Part shown: positions 9,920-19,096 of the stretch, piece by piece
Layout of the letters: each line of letters opens with the position of its first letter
Numbering within the stretch: the stretch's first letter is position 1
Assembly: GCA_964565925.1 (NCBI GenBank)
Contig: CAZMGV010000008.1
Location: 2,664-66,663, forward strand
Length of the DNA stretch: 64,000 nucleotides
Reading direction: 5' to 3'
DNA from: an uncultured bacterium
GTDB taxonomy: Bacteria > JAGRBM01 > JAHCIT01
Position numbers and translations under genes: made by a program
The notes under the pieces: model-generated
Seen by the model: only the letters and a program-made list of their open reading frames with translations
Database searches by the model: none
What the model was told of the DNA's origin: nothing

Positions 9920-11443
9920 CTACAGCATGTAACTGTCCAGCGGCTCGTCGATCGCCGAGAGAAAATCGACCGTCAGGCTGAGACGCTGGTCCTTGAGCTT
10001 GCGGATAGTCTCCCGCACTTCCGGATGCGACATTACGAACCGGTCGAACTGCTCCGGAGAAAGATAAAGAAGCACGCTCTCGGTCCGGCTCCGTACGGTG
10101 GCCGTGACCGGTTCTTTCAGTATCAGCGATATTTCGCCGAACACGTCGCCCTCATGGAGCTTGCCATACGCATGCTCCGTACCGCCGGAATCCGCCCGGA
10201 TCACGTCGCATTCGCCCCTGAACAGGACGAAAAATCCCTGTCCCTGCTGTCCCTGCTGAAGGATATCGATTCCGGGACTGACCGTCCGGCTCTTGAATGC
10301 CTCCACGAGCTGCTGCTTTTCGTTTCTGGAAAAAGGCTGGAAGACCGGGCTGCACTGAAGGAGATTGGCAAGCAGCCGCGCCCGGTAAAACCGTTCGACG
10401 ACCTCGATCACTCCCGGGTACGCCGCCCCGATCTCTTCCAGATCGGCGCGTCGCAGTTCAAGAACCACCGTATCTTCGAGCGCGACCGCCGAGACGAGCC
10501 GGGGGGATTCCGCGATCAGGGCCATTTCGCCGAAAAACGCGCCCCGGTCCAGCACGGCAAGGGGTTTGTGCTCCCCCCGGTCCTTTTCACGGACCACGGC
10601 AACCCGGCCCTGCACGATGATATAGAGAGCGCTGCCGCGATCGCCTTCCCTGACAATGGTGTCATCCTTCCTGAACGAATAGAGTCTGAGTTTTCCGATG
10701 GCGGCCACAAAGGCCTGGCTGTTCATGGAGGAAAAAAGCGGGATCGGTGGCAGGCTGTCGAGGTCGAACGGGAACGTATCGAGATCGGCCAGATCCGTCG
10801 ACGAGCCGTGTTTCCTGATGGCGGCATCCGTCTCGGCCGAAACGGGCACCGGCCCCGGGGGCGGTGACGCTTCGGCCTCGTTGGCCAGCCGGAAAAACTC
10901 CGCATCTTCTTCGGTGATCTCGATATCGATTTCTTCCGGCGGACGATTCGCGCCGGGACGGCCGGCGGATTTCATTCCACCCGGGAGCCCTGATCCCATA
11001 CCGCCGCCGCCATAACCGGCGGCGGGTTTCGCGGCCGTCACAGCGGGTTTCCTCCCGGCGGTCGCGCTCGCCGGGGCGCTTACCCTGCCTGAATCGAACG
11101 GGCTCGCCTCCTTTCGGTTGGCGTAAAGCTTCGCCAGCAGGTTCTGCATCTCGACGTTATTCTTGTCGAGATTCAGGATCAGTTTGCAGACAGCGATGGC
11201 TTTGAGAACATGACCCTGCCGCGCATATTCAAACGTAACGAAGCGATAAACATTGACCGCGTCTTCAGGTCTTCCGATTTTTGTGAGGATCTCGCCGATT
11301 CGCTGGCGCAGCGAAAGGTCCTGCGGGGACAGTTCGACCGCCTTGCAGAATTCGCGAAGGGCTTCTTCCGGTTTCCCCTTGCCCAGATACTCCGCCGCCT
11401 TGTCCTTGTGCGCGCGCAGCTGAGCCGGATTGGGTGGAGCCAT
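9920..11443 (-). CDS. TPR-repeat protein with two cyclic-nucleotide-binding domains
   Basis: N-terminal TPR helices, low-complexity G/P linker, two cNMP-binding domains (FGEMALI..., FGEISLI...). Confidence 0.7.
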   Translation of the reverse strand: MAPPNPAQLRAHKDKAAEYLGKGKPEEALREFCKAVELSPQDLSLRQRIGEILTKIGRPEDAVNVYRFVTFEYARQGHVLKAIAVCKLILNLDKNNVEMQNLLAKLYANRKEASPFDSGRVSAPASATAGRKPAVTAAKPAAGYGGGGMGSGLPGGMKSAGRPGANRPPEEIDIEITEEDAEFFRLANEAEASPPPGPVPVSAETDAAIRKHGSSTDLADLDTFPFDLDSLPPIPLFSSMNSQAFVAAIGKLRLYSFRKDDTIVREGDRGSALYIIVQGRVAVVREKDRGEHKPLAVLDRGAFFGEMALIAESPRLVSAVALEDTVVLELRRADLEEIGAAYPGVIEVVERFYRARLLANLLQCSPVFQPFSRNEKQQLVEAFKSRTVSPGIDILQQGQQGQGFFVLFRGECDVIRADSGGTEHAYGKLHEGDVFGEISLILKEPVTATVRSRTESVLLYLSPEQFDRFVMSHPEVRETIRKLKDQRLSLTVDFLSAIDEPLDSYML

Positions 11444-11573
11444 CTAGTGGGTACCTTCCGATGAAGAATTTATCGATGCTGAAGTCTACATCGGGTCCGG
11501 TGACAGCCGCCACGACGAAATAGCAAAAAGTAATAATAACAGTCGGCCGTCGTGCCGGAATGGAACAGCACAG

Positions 11574-12047
11574 TCAGGTAGCTCCCTTTTCCCTGAGCCA
11601 CGCGCAGGTCGCCTTGTCGGTGGCGACGATGTGCAGGAGCAGCCACTGCTTGAGGTAGTTGAGCAGCTGCCGGGCGACCAGATCGCTGTCGGATCCCTGC
11701 GTCTTCCAGCCGGCGATCTTGGCGGCGAACTCCCCGTGCTGCCCCTTGTGGCCTGTAGCGCCCGGGTAGCCGTGCCGCTTCATCAGGTTTTCCTCGGTCG
11801 AGAAATGGTGCTCGATGTAGCTGGCGAGCGCCGGGAGCGTTGTTTCAAGCGCTTTGGCGGTTTTGCCTGCGGCGACGCTGGCCGCGAGTCCGTTGATGAG
11901 CCGGACCAGATGCTGGTGCTGGTCGTCGACCAGCCGGATACCGGTCAGATAGTCGTCTTTCCAGGCGATGTATTCCTCGGCCACGAGACGACCCCCGTAA
12001 AATGGATTGCACAGGGTGATATTCACATATTTCGTGCCGGGCCTCAA
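11574..12047 (-). CDS. hemerythrin-like (bacteriohemerythrin) protein
   Basis: Hemerythrin His/Glu ligand pattern (DDQHQHL, IEHHFSTEE, HIVATD); real start probably internal (near VAEEYIAW). Confidence 0.65.
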   Translation of the reverse strand: MRPGTKYVNITLCNPFYGGRLVAEEYIAWKDDYLTGIRLVDDQHQHLVRLINGLAASVAAGKTAKALETTLPALASYIEHHFSTEENLMKRHGYPGATGHKGQHGEFAAKIAGWKTQGSDSDLVARQLLNYLKQWLLLHIVATDKATCAWLREKGAT

Positions 12048-12101
12048 TCACCGGCAGGAGATATGAGGCCGCCATATCAGGTCAGCTTCGTGACCGGTTT
12101 C

Positions 12102-13082
12102 CTATTTCACCTTACAGGTGGCGGGGTCTTTCGCTTTCGCGCGCCAGAGGCCGGCGGTTTTCTCCTGCACCTCTGTGAGCCCGGCGATCATGCCGATCCG
12201 CTCGCCGACAGGACCGGCTTCGTCACACTGGCGGGCAGAAACCAGCGCCTCCAGCAACAGCAGCTCGATCTCGGCATTCTGCTGATGCGTGGCGGCCGAC
12301 GCCAGCTGGAGCAGGCTTGCGGCGCGGTACGGGTCGCGGAGCTTGTCGTCCCTGCTATGGAGCAGCAGCCGGCCGAGCGGCCCCAGCATCACCGGATCCT
12401 TGGGGAACTGCTTGCGGCCCAGTTCGTAAGTGCCGAGCGCGTCCGCGTCCCTGCCCGTTTTCATCTGGAGTTCGGCCATCCGGATGAACGCCTCGGGCGG
12501 CGTGCGCGGCAGCTCGATGCAGCGCTTGAGCAGCAGCTCCGACTTCTTGTCGTCCTTGGTCTCGAGCGCCAGCGTGCAGTAGTCGACCTCCGCCTGGCTG
12601 AGCGTCTCTTTCATGAACTCCGACCGTCTGAACGAATCCCTGACCGACGCGAGCACGCCCGCCGAACCGGCCTTGAACCCGGTGAAGGCGAACAGCAGCG
12701 CGCCGCCGTCGATCGCCCGGCCCGTGAACACCGCCGTCTGGTCATTGCCGTAACCGACCACGGCGTCGGTGAACCCGTCGCCCGACTGCTGGTCGGTAAT
12801 GCGCCCGCCCTTGAGCGTCGACAGGTTGATCTTGAGAAACGCCTGGAACTGGTCGTTGAGCGTGCCGGTCTGGGTCTGCTTGAGGACCAGCAGGCGGCGG
12901 CCGTCGGGCCAGTTGACCAGTTCCGAGCCCGAGCGCTGGACGACCTTCGGGTCGAACCCCTGCGGCACCTGCACCTTGAAGCCCAGCGAGTTCGACGTAT
13001 AGAGCGTCATCTGCGCGCGCGCGGGCGCGGCGGTAAAGATCACCGCCGCCGCTATCGCCATCACTGGGAAAAGCCGTTTCAT
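12102..13082 (-). CDS. secreted hypothetical protein, C-terminal TPR-like helices
   Basis: Signal peptide (MKRLFPVMAIAAAVIFTAAPARA); start overlaps upstream GGDEF gene stop (ATGA). Confidence 0.5.
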   Translation of the reverse strand: MKRLFPVMAIAAAVIFTAAPARAQMTLYTSNSLGFKVQVPQGFDPKVVQRSGSELVNWPDGRRLLVLKQTQTGTLNDQFQAFLKINLSTLKGGRITDQQSGDGFTDAVVGYGNDQTAVFTGRAIDGGALLFAFTGFKAGSAGVLASVRDSFRRSEFMKETLSQAEVDYCTLALETKDDKKSELLLKRCIELPRTPPEAFIRMAELQMKTGRDADALGTYELGRKQFPKDPVMLGPLGRLLLHSRDDKLRDPYRAASLLQLASAATHQQNAEIELLLLEALVSARQCDEAGPVGERIGMIAGLTEVQEKTAGLWRAKAKDPATCKVK

Positions 13083-15307
13083 CTCGCCGCCGGCACCGGC
13101 GCCTTTCCCGCCGCATCGGCCGGGACTTCCGGTACCACCACTCCGTTACTTTCCAGATGCAGCTGCCCCGCCGCCTCATCCGTCTCGCCGAACTCCACCG
13201 TCCGGTTCCGCCCCGACCGCTTGGCCTGGTAGAGCGCCCGGTCGGCGCGGTCGATCAGCTCCGCCTTCTTCTTGCCGTCCCGGGGATAAACGGCAAGCCC
13301 CAGCGACACGGTCGCCTGGAACGTGCCGCCGTCGGGAGCGCGGAAAACTTCCTTCTGGAACTCCTTGCGGATGCGCTCGGCCACCACCTTGGCGCCCTTG
13401 GAGGGCGTGTCGGGGAGCACCATGACGAACTCTTCGCCGCCGTAGCGGGCCGCGAGATCGATCTGCCGCGCCTGGCGCTTGAGGATCGCCGCCAGCCGCC
13501 GGATCGCCTCGTCGCCGCAGGGATGGCCGTAGCTGTCGTTCACCTTCTTGAAGTGGTCGATGTCGAGCAGCAGCAGCGAGAGGGGCTGCGCCGAGCGCTG
13601 CGCGCGTTCCACCTCGTTGGCGAGCCGCTCCTGGAAGTGGCGGTGGTTGCACAGGCCCGTGAGGCCGTCGGTGGTGGCGAGCTGCTCCATGCGCTTGTAG
13701 AGCTGCGCGTTCTCGAAAGCGTAGGCCGCCTGCTGGCCGAGCATCTCCACCAGATGGACTTCGTAGGGGCGCAGCCGCTCGCGCGACTTGCAGCCGACAC
13801 ACAGCACGCCGCCGACACCGTGCGGGGTGGGGAACGGCACGCCCACCATCACCTCGCAGGCGGGGAGTTTTTCCTTTCTGAACGCGAGGGGCCGGGCGGG
13901 GTCATTGTTCGACTTGCGGGAATACGCGAGCGTGTGGCCCGTGGAGGCGATCCAGGCGAGACGCGACTGCTCTTCCACGGTCTGCCCGACCATTTTCGCG
14001 GCATCCGCCGCCGGCACCTGCCCTCCCCCTATGTGAATGATCTCGAGTTCGTCCCCCGGCGGGCGGCGAAGCGCCAGCACCACCAGATCGGCGGGCAGGA
14101 TTTCCTTCACGGCGGTTTCGAGTTTCTGCGCCAGCTCGCCTTCCTGGATCGTGCTGCCGAGCGCCGTGCTGAACCGGTAGAGACCCTCGAACTCGCGCTT
14201 CTGTTCCATCACCCGGCGAAGCGCCTGCGCCGAGGCCAGCACCTCCGTCACCTGCGCCGCGCCCAGTTCGAGTATTTTCTGCTGGTCCTCGCCGAACTGG
14301 TCCGCCTCGGGGGCGTCCACCGCCAGCACGCCGCAGGCGTGCCGGTCGTCCAGTACCGGCACCGCCAGGAACGACGCGCTCGCCACCTTGCCGAGGTAGT
14401 ACGGCAACTGGAGGCGCGCTAACTCCTGCGCGCCCACGCGCAGCGGTTTGGCATACTGCAGCACCCAGCCGGCGGGGCCCTCGCCCGGCTTCAGCGTCCG
14501 GGCCGGGTCGATCTCCGCCACCGAGATCGCCTCCCGCAGGCGCAGGTTCTCGCCCCTGGAGTCCACCAGATACAGCACCACCGTGCGGCCTTTCACGAGC
14601 CGCACCACGCGGTCGCAGATGGAGTAGAGACTTTCGTCCAGGTCCCGCGCCACGTCGGAGATGTCGCCTGCAAGGCGCGCCTCGATACGTTCCGCCTCGG
14701 GGGCGTCGTCAAGGAGCGAGCCCTTGGAGAGCGCTTCCCTGCCCTGCTTGAACGATTCGACAATGTTTTCGAGATGCTCGCGGCGCTTTCGTTCGAACCG
14801 GAGCAGAGCGCCTAACCCCGTCGTTGCAACGAGAATGAACAGCAGGCGGCCGACGAACTGGTCGAGTTCCGCGGGGAACGCCCCCGCGCCGTAGCGCTGC
14901 GCGGCGTCCAGGCCCGCCACCGCGAGACCCGAACCGGTCGCCGCGAGCGGCGAGATCGCCATCGAGAGGCCCGCCAGCAGCAATAGCATCCCCGGCGCCA
15001 GCGGCGAGCGCGTGACGCCGCCCGTCCACCAGACCACCAGGAAATACAGCGACGCGATCAGCGCCCCCTGCAGGCCGTCCAATCCTTTGGCCGGATGCCT
15101 GGAGCCGTAGAGCCGCCGCGCGGCAAGCAGTCCCAGCCCCGACAGGGCGAACAGAACCGGCACCGCCGGGCGCGAGGTGTGGATCCAGCCCTTCGACCAG
15201 ACCAGCACGCTCACCGCGTAGAGCACGGCTCCGGCGGCCGGAATGACGGGGATTTTGGGCGTCTTCAAACGGGGCTCAGGGGCCGCTGACGGACGGAAAG
15301 CCCTCAA
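13079..15307 (-). CDS. membrane-anchored GAF-GAF-GGDEF diguanylate cyclase
   Basis: ~6 N-terminal TM helices, GAF domains, GGDEF active site RYGGEEFVMVL. Confidence 0.8.
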   Translation of the reverse strand: MRAFRPSAAPEPRLKTPKIPVIPAAGAVLYAVSVLVWSKGWIHTSRPAVPVLFALSGLGLLAARRLYGSRHPAKGLDGLQGALIASLYFLVVWWTGGVTRSPLAPGMLLLLAGLSMAISPLAATGSGLAVAGLDAAQRYGAGAFPAELDQFVGRLLFILVATTGLGALLRFERKRREHLENIVESFKQGREALSKGSLLDDAPEAERIEARLAGDISDVARDLDESLYSICDRVVRLVKGRTVVLYLVDSRGENLRLREAISVAEIDPARTLKPGEGPAGWVLQYAKPLRVGAQELARLQLPYYLGKVASASFLAVPVLDDRHACGVLAVDAPEADQFGEDQQKILELGAAQVTEVLASAQALRRVMEQKREFEGLYRFSTALGSTIQEGELAQKLETAVKEILPADLVVLALRRPPGDELEIIHIGGGQVPAADAAKMVGQTVEEQSRLAWIASTGHTLAYSRKSNNDPARPLAFRKEKLPACEVMVGVPFPTPHGVGGVLCVGCKSRERLRPYEVHLVEMLGQQAAYAFENAQLYKRMEQLATTDGLTGLCNHRHFQERLANEVERAQRSAQPLSLLLLDIDHFKKVNDSYGHPCGDEAIRRLAAILKRQARQIDLAARYGGEEFVMVLPDTPSKGAKVVAERIRKEFQKEVFRAPDGGTFQATVSLGLAVYPRDGKKKAELIDRADRALYQAKRSGRNRTVEFGETDEAAGQLHLESNGVVVPEVPADAAGKAPVPAAR

Positions 15308-15374
15308 GGAAAGAAAAGCCGCCAGCAGGTGGGTCTAAAGGTACCGCAGAGGCGGCGGGGGTGCAAGGGGTAAG

Positions 15375-15452
15375 GTTCGGGCCGAACCTCCCGGGTGTAG
15401 CGCCCCGGTTCAGCGCGAACCGTTCGTCTCAGCGTCAGCGCGAACCGTTCGT
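15375..15452. promoter_or_regulatory. candidate operator: near-palindrome ggttcgg-g-ccgaacc plus two 17-bp direct repeats cagcgcgaaccgttcgt
   Basis: Direct repeats at 15411-15427 and 15436-15452; located upstream of promoter-like element. Confidence 0.35.
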
Positions 15453-15576
15453 GGTGAGCCTGTCGAACCACACGGTTCCGCCGTTCACCCTTCGAGACGC
15501 TTCGCTCCTCAGGGCGAACGGCAATGCCCCAAAGCGGGCGGGCGAACGATAGAGCCCCGAATGATGGCGCCCCCGG

Positions 15577-15605
15577 TTGACCCGCCCCGCGCCCCGCCTA
15601 ATAAT
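15577..15605 (+). promoter_or_regulatory. sigma70-like promoter (TTGACC -16/17 nt- TAATAAT)
   Basis: -35 TTGACC at 15577-15582 and -10 TAATAAT at 15599-15605, ~50 nt upstream of ORF 15656. Confidence 0.4.
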
Positions 15606-15655
15606 CCCCGCTCGCAAAATTTTGCCGCTAACACCAACAGGGGAGAGAAACACAC

Positions 15656-16573
15656 ATGGAAACCATCAACCGCCACCATCACAGACGGCTCGGACTCGGG
15701 ACGGCCTTTGCCGCGCTGGCCGCCCTCACACTGGGCCTTGGCGCCCAGGCCTGCTCCAGCAACGACGCCGCGCCGGGCTTCAAGGCCGGCACCTACGCCA
15801 TCGGCCTGTTCATCGACGACGACCCCGCGGTCACGGCCGCGGATTTCAACAACTTCCCGGACCACATCGCCACCGGCACCATTGACGTGGCCGAGGACGG
15901 CACCATCGACGGCTCCGTCTTCATCAGCTACTCGTACGTGCCCGGCGACGTGGGCGACAACACCGCGGCGGACGTCACCGGCACGGTCGACGCCGACGGC
16001 GGCGCCACGATGGACATCGGCGACGGCCTCCTCACCCTGAGCGGAACGTTCTACGTGAACGCCGACGGAGCGGCGGGCATGCAGGGCAGCATCGAGAACG
16101 ACGACGGCGACTTCGGCGACGCGGTGGCCGTGCTGGCCCCCGGCACCGGCGACATCGATTTCGTCTGCGGACACATGTACTGGAGCACCGACACGCGGCC
16201 GGCGTCCGTTTACGACAGCGGCTACGCGCCGATGTTTATCGCCGTCCAGGACGGTGTCATCGCCGGCGCCGCCTCCGGCCCGGATATCTACCTCACGTTC
16301 GACGGAGAGGTGGGCGACAACCTCGTAGCCGACCAGTACGCCGTGACGTATGACTTCGACGCCGAAATCGCGGCCGAGACCTACGTGCCGATTTCCGTCG
16401 ACGCCGAGGCTGGCAAGGAGATCGTGACCGTCAGCGGAACCCAGAACACCGGCACGCCCTACATCCAGATGACCGACGGACACGCGGTTTACCTCAACGC
16501 CGGGTTCGTCGACGCCGACGAGACCTTCTACGGCTGGATGAACGTGAACGACGACTACTGCGACTACGACTGA
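15656..16573 (+). CDS. secreted highly acidic (Asp-rich) protein of unknown function
   Basis: Signal peptide ending AQA|C; extreme D/G/T-rich composition (GDVGDN, GTGDID) suggesting possible Ca-binding; 305 aa. Confidence 0.6.
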   Translation: METINRHHHRRLGLGTAFAALAALTLGLGAQACSSNDAAPGFKAGTYAIGLFIDDDPAVTAADFNNFPDHIATGTIDVAEDGTIDGSVFISYSYVPGDVGDNTAADVTGTVDADGGATMDIGDGLLTLSGTFYVNADGAAGMQGSIENDDGDFGDAVAVLAPGTGDIDFVCGHMYWSTDTRPASVYDSGYAPMFIAVQDGVIAGAASGPDIYLTFDGEVGDNLVADQYAVTYDFDAEIAAETYVPISVDAEAGKEIVTVSGTQNTGTPYIQMTDGHAVYLNAGFVDADETFYGWMNVNDDYCDYD

Positions 16574-16610
16574 GCCTGCGCGCCTAGCAGTCTTCAGCAG
16601 TCTTTAACAG

Positions 16611-16650
16611 AGCGGCCGCTCCCCGGAAGGTGGGCGGCCGTTTTTTTTGT
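16611..16650 (+). terminator. rho-independent terminator
   Basis: GC stem cggccgc...gcggccg followed by TTTTTTTTG immediately after ORF 15656-16573. Confidence 0.7.
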
Positions 16651-16757
16651 TTGGGCCCGCCGGCCTGTGCCCAGTCTTGTTCCACGAAGCTTTAGCGAAG
16701 GGGAAAGCCGAAGGACGGAGGGGTAAGTCTCAACGGAGGAGGGTCAGGTAAATACTG

Positions 16758-17219
16758 TCATGGTATAGTTTTCGTGACGAAATATATCGCACAAACGATG
16801 CCTAAAAGCATCATACCGAATGCGCCTACTGCCGCACAGTAGCCGTGCCTAGCCCGCGACTCTATGAATTTCTTAACTTCGATCGCACGGGACGCATCAA
16901 TTTTTGCTAAGCGCGGGAATATGACGTAGCCACATAAAAATAAAGAAACCATCCATGAGAAACAGGGGATCCATACCCAATGTCCTGGAACTACTTGGCC
17001 GGGATCCTTACAATCACGATATAGCTTCAATAACCCGAGATAGACCGGCTGCATCCCTGCACTAATCGTAGCAATATGCTTCGCGGCATCCGTCAGGCTA
17101 CCGATGCTCCCCGAAATCAAATCCTCTCCCATTTTTTTATACGCCGGACTCATCTTTTCAAAACGCTCAAGCGCTTCTTGAACACTATCGGGCGCGCGTT
17201 CGCCATTGATCACAGCCAT
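16758..17219 (-). CDS. small two-TM membrane protein (island gene D)
   Basis: Two C-terminal hydrophobic helices (WVWIPCFSWMVSLFLCGYVIF; YCAAVGAFGMMLLGIVCAIYFV); 20-nt gap to upstream gene. Confidence 0.5.
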   Translation of the reverse strand: MAVINGERAPDSVQEALERFEKMSPAYKKMGEDLISGSIGSLTDAAKHIATISAGMQPVYLGLLKLYRDCKDPGQVVPGHWVWIPCFSWMVSLFLCGYVIFPRLAKIDASRAIEVKKFIESRARHGYCAAVGAFGMMLLGIVCAIYFVTKTIP

Positions 17220-17238
17220 CTCAGCGACCCCAAATCAC

Positions 17239-17451
17239 CTAAAATAGAAAGGTTACCTTGTTAGCTTTTCCACACTCTGAGCATATATCATACCGATTCT
17301 CAGCTGTCATAGGCGCGCGCACTTCCATTTTCATAATGGAATCCTTCTCCGCGGATAACATTGCTTCGACATCCTGGATCGAATACGTTTGGCTGTATAT
17401 GGAAGTATTTTCTTTCTTACAATTGAAACATGTATACTTTACCATTTTCAC
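17239..17451 (-). CDS. small zinc-ribbon protein (island gene C)
   Basis: CFNC...CSEC paired CxxC motifs in 70 aa; 31-nt gap to upstream ATPase gene. Confidence 0.5.
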   Translation of the reverse strand: MKMVKYTCFNCKKENTSIYSQTYSIQDVEAMLSAEKDSIMKMEVRAPMTAENRYDICSECGKANKVTFLF

Positions 17452-17481
17452 GAGACACCTCCCGGATATTCACAACTCATT

Positions 17482-19092
17482 TCATCCTGACAAATACTCA
17501 TAGACAGCTTCTCTAACCGAATTTTTTATCGCTCGGGATCTATGAGGCCCAACGTACTTTACTTTCTGAAGCTTCTCATCAGATGCTCTAAGCACTTGCT
17601 CTAGAGTAAGCAGATTAAGCTCCTTAAGTTTTACTTTTTGCCATTCCGTGACATCCAATAGCTCGATAGACTTAGAATATGCACTCTTAAGAATATCTGT
17701 AACATTAATGTCTGGATACAATTCTTTTTCAGGAGGCAAAGACTTGAATGATTCATGATTCATTCCGTATTCTGTCATAAGTTTAATTGACAGATTTTTT
17801 GCAAATTCAATCAATCTAATTCCTTTGATATCCATTACTTTCGACATCACGATTCCCAAATGCACCGCATAACGGGAGCCAATCTCCGCTCGTGTTGCCT
17901 TAATCCCAGTCGCATGCTCGCGAATGATCCCCGTATAAGATAAAAGTCGGAATGCGTGCCTGACGGCTTCAGGTGCATCACGGTGCAGCCAGATAAAGCA
18001 CGACGTTTTCTTATCGGATTTTAAGTACGCTTCATTTTTTTGATATAACTCGTTCAATACGTTGCCTTCGACAAAATTGCGGCCCCAATCTATTAAAGGT
18101 TTATGCCCAGTATAACTCTCAACTAACATGGAATGTTCGGACCATATGTCATCTCGGTAATACTCTCGGATAACCCGCCTCACATTATCTCCGTTTAGCT
18201 TCTTCGCTCTAAGAATCGTTTTAAAAAGTAGTCGTGGATTTCCATCAGAGGCATAAGCGAGTTCCGAAAAGTGCTCCCTATTTTCTTCAATTTGTTTAAT
18301 AAGCTGTAGGTCCCCCTGCTTTACTATCATCTCCTCCATATTCTTAATGTAATCTTCACTTAATACATCTCTATTAACATTTAAGAATGTAGCATCATGA
18401 GTAGGCTCAAATGTATCTCCGTAATTAGTGACTCCAGGGTATACGGCCGCATTACAAGTCATAAATGGACTTCGTAAATCTCTAAACAACGTAAAAAATT
18501 GTCTTTGTTGCTCTGGTTTTAAGATATGTGCGGCTTCATCAAAAAATACACAAAAGCGAGATATTCCAAAGCCGATACATATATCTTCAACAGCTTCTTT
18601 AAATTGATCTACACTCGGTAATTTCGCTATATCGACTTTTACATCTGGGTGTTCCCAAGATTGCTCATACGCTTGGACAATCTTTGCGATATCGACTTCG
18701 TCTTTGGAATATCTGATTGATGGCGATGGAGTGAGCGAAAACGCCGAACTATCCGTAAAACCATATCTTCTCATACTTCTAATTATTGATTGCCATAATT
18801 TCCCAAGCATCCAGTGCTGGAATTGCATCTGATCATTGGTCTGTATAAGTGTGCCCTTGACAAAACTAATATATATCGGGAGTACTTTGTTATTGGCGAA
18901 ATTGGCTGAAAGTTCTTGAATTGCAACTTTCAATAAAAATGATTTTCCAACGCCTCTACTGCCCACTACAATTGTCGGAGCTTTGGATTTCAGGGAGTCG
19001 ATGATCCGACGGTCTTGTTCAGATTCGACGAAATACTGAATTATATCTTCGTCTTTTATATCTTCCGTACGGAATATTAGTGGATCACTCAT
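17482..19092 (-). CDS. P-loop NTPase (AAA+/STAND-like) with C-terminal helix-hairpin-helix (RNAP alpha-CTD-like) domain (island gene B)
   Basis: Walker A VVGSRGVGKS, Walker B FCVFFDEAAH; C-terminus LTLEQVLRASDEKLQKVKYVGPHRSRAIKNSVREAV resembles alpha-CTD HhH; start at ATG 19092 with AAGGGA RBS (longer ORF to 19143 possible). Confidence 0.7.
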   Translation of the reverse strand: MSDPLIFRTEDIKDEDIIQYFVESEQDRRIIDSLKSKAPTIVVGSRGVGKSFLLKVAIQELSANFANNKVLPIYISFVKGTLIQTNDQMQFQHWMLGKLWQSIIRSMRRYGFTDSSAFSLTPSPSIRYSKDEVDIAKIVQAYEQSWEHPDVKVDIAKLPSVDQFKEAVEDICIGFGISRFCVFFDEAAHILKPEQQRQFFTLFRDLRSPFMTCNAAVYPGVTNYGDTFEPTHDATFLNVNRDVLSEDYIKNMEEMIVKQGDLQLIKQIEENREHFSELAYASDGNPRLLFKTILRAKKLNGDNVRRVIREYYRDDIWSEHSMLVESYTGHKPLIDWGRNFVEGNVLNELYQKNEAYLKSDKKTSCFIWLHRDAPEAVRHAFRLLSYTGIIREHATGIKATRAEIGSRYAVHLGIVMSKVMDIKGIRLIEFAKNLSIKLMTEYGMNHESFKSLPPEKELYPDINVTDILKSAYSKSIELLDVTEWQKVKLKELNLLTLEQVLRASDEKLQKVKYVGPHRSRAIKNSVREAVYEYLSG

Positions 19093-19096
19093 GGAA

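Noticed and set aside
16573-16760. tRNA or tmRNA gene at the island boundary as integration target
   Set aside because: No cloverleaf-compatible sequence (no GTTCRANYC T-loop, no acceptor-stem complementarity) was recognisable by eye at either boundary. This cannot be fully excluded without tRNAscan.
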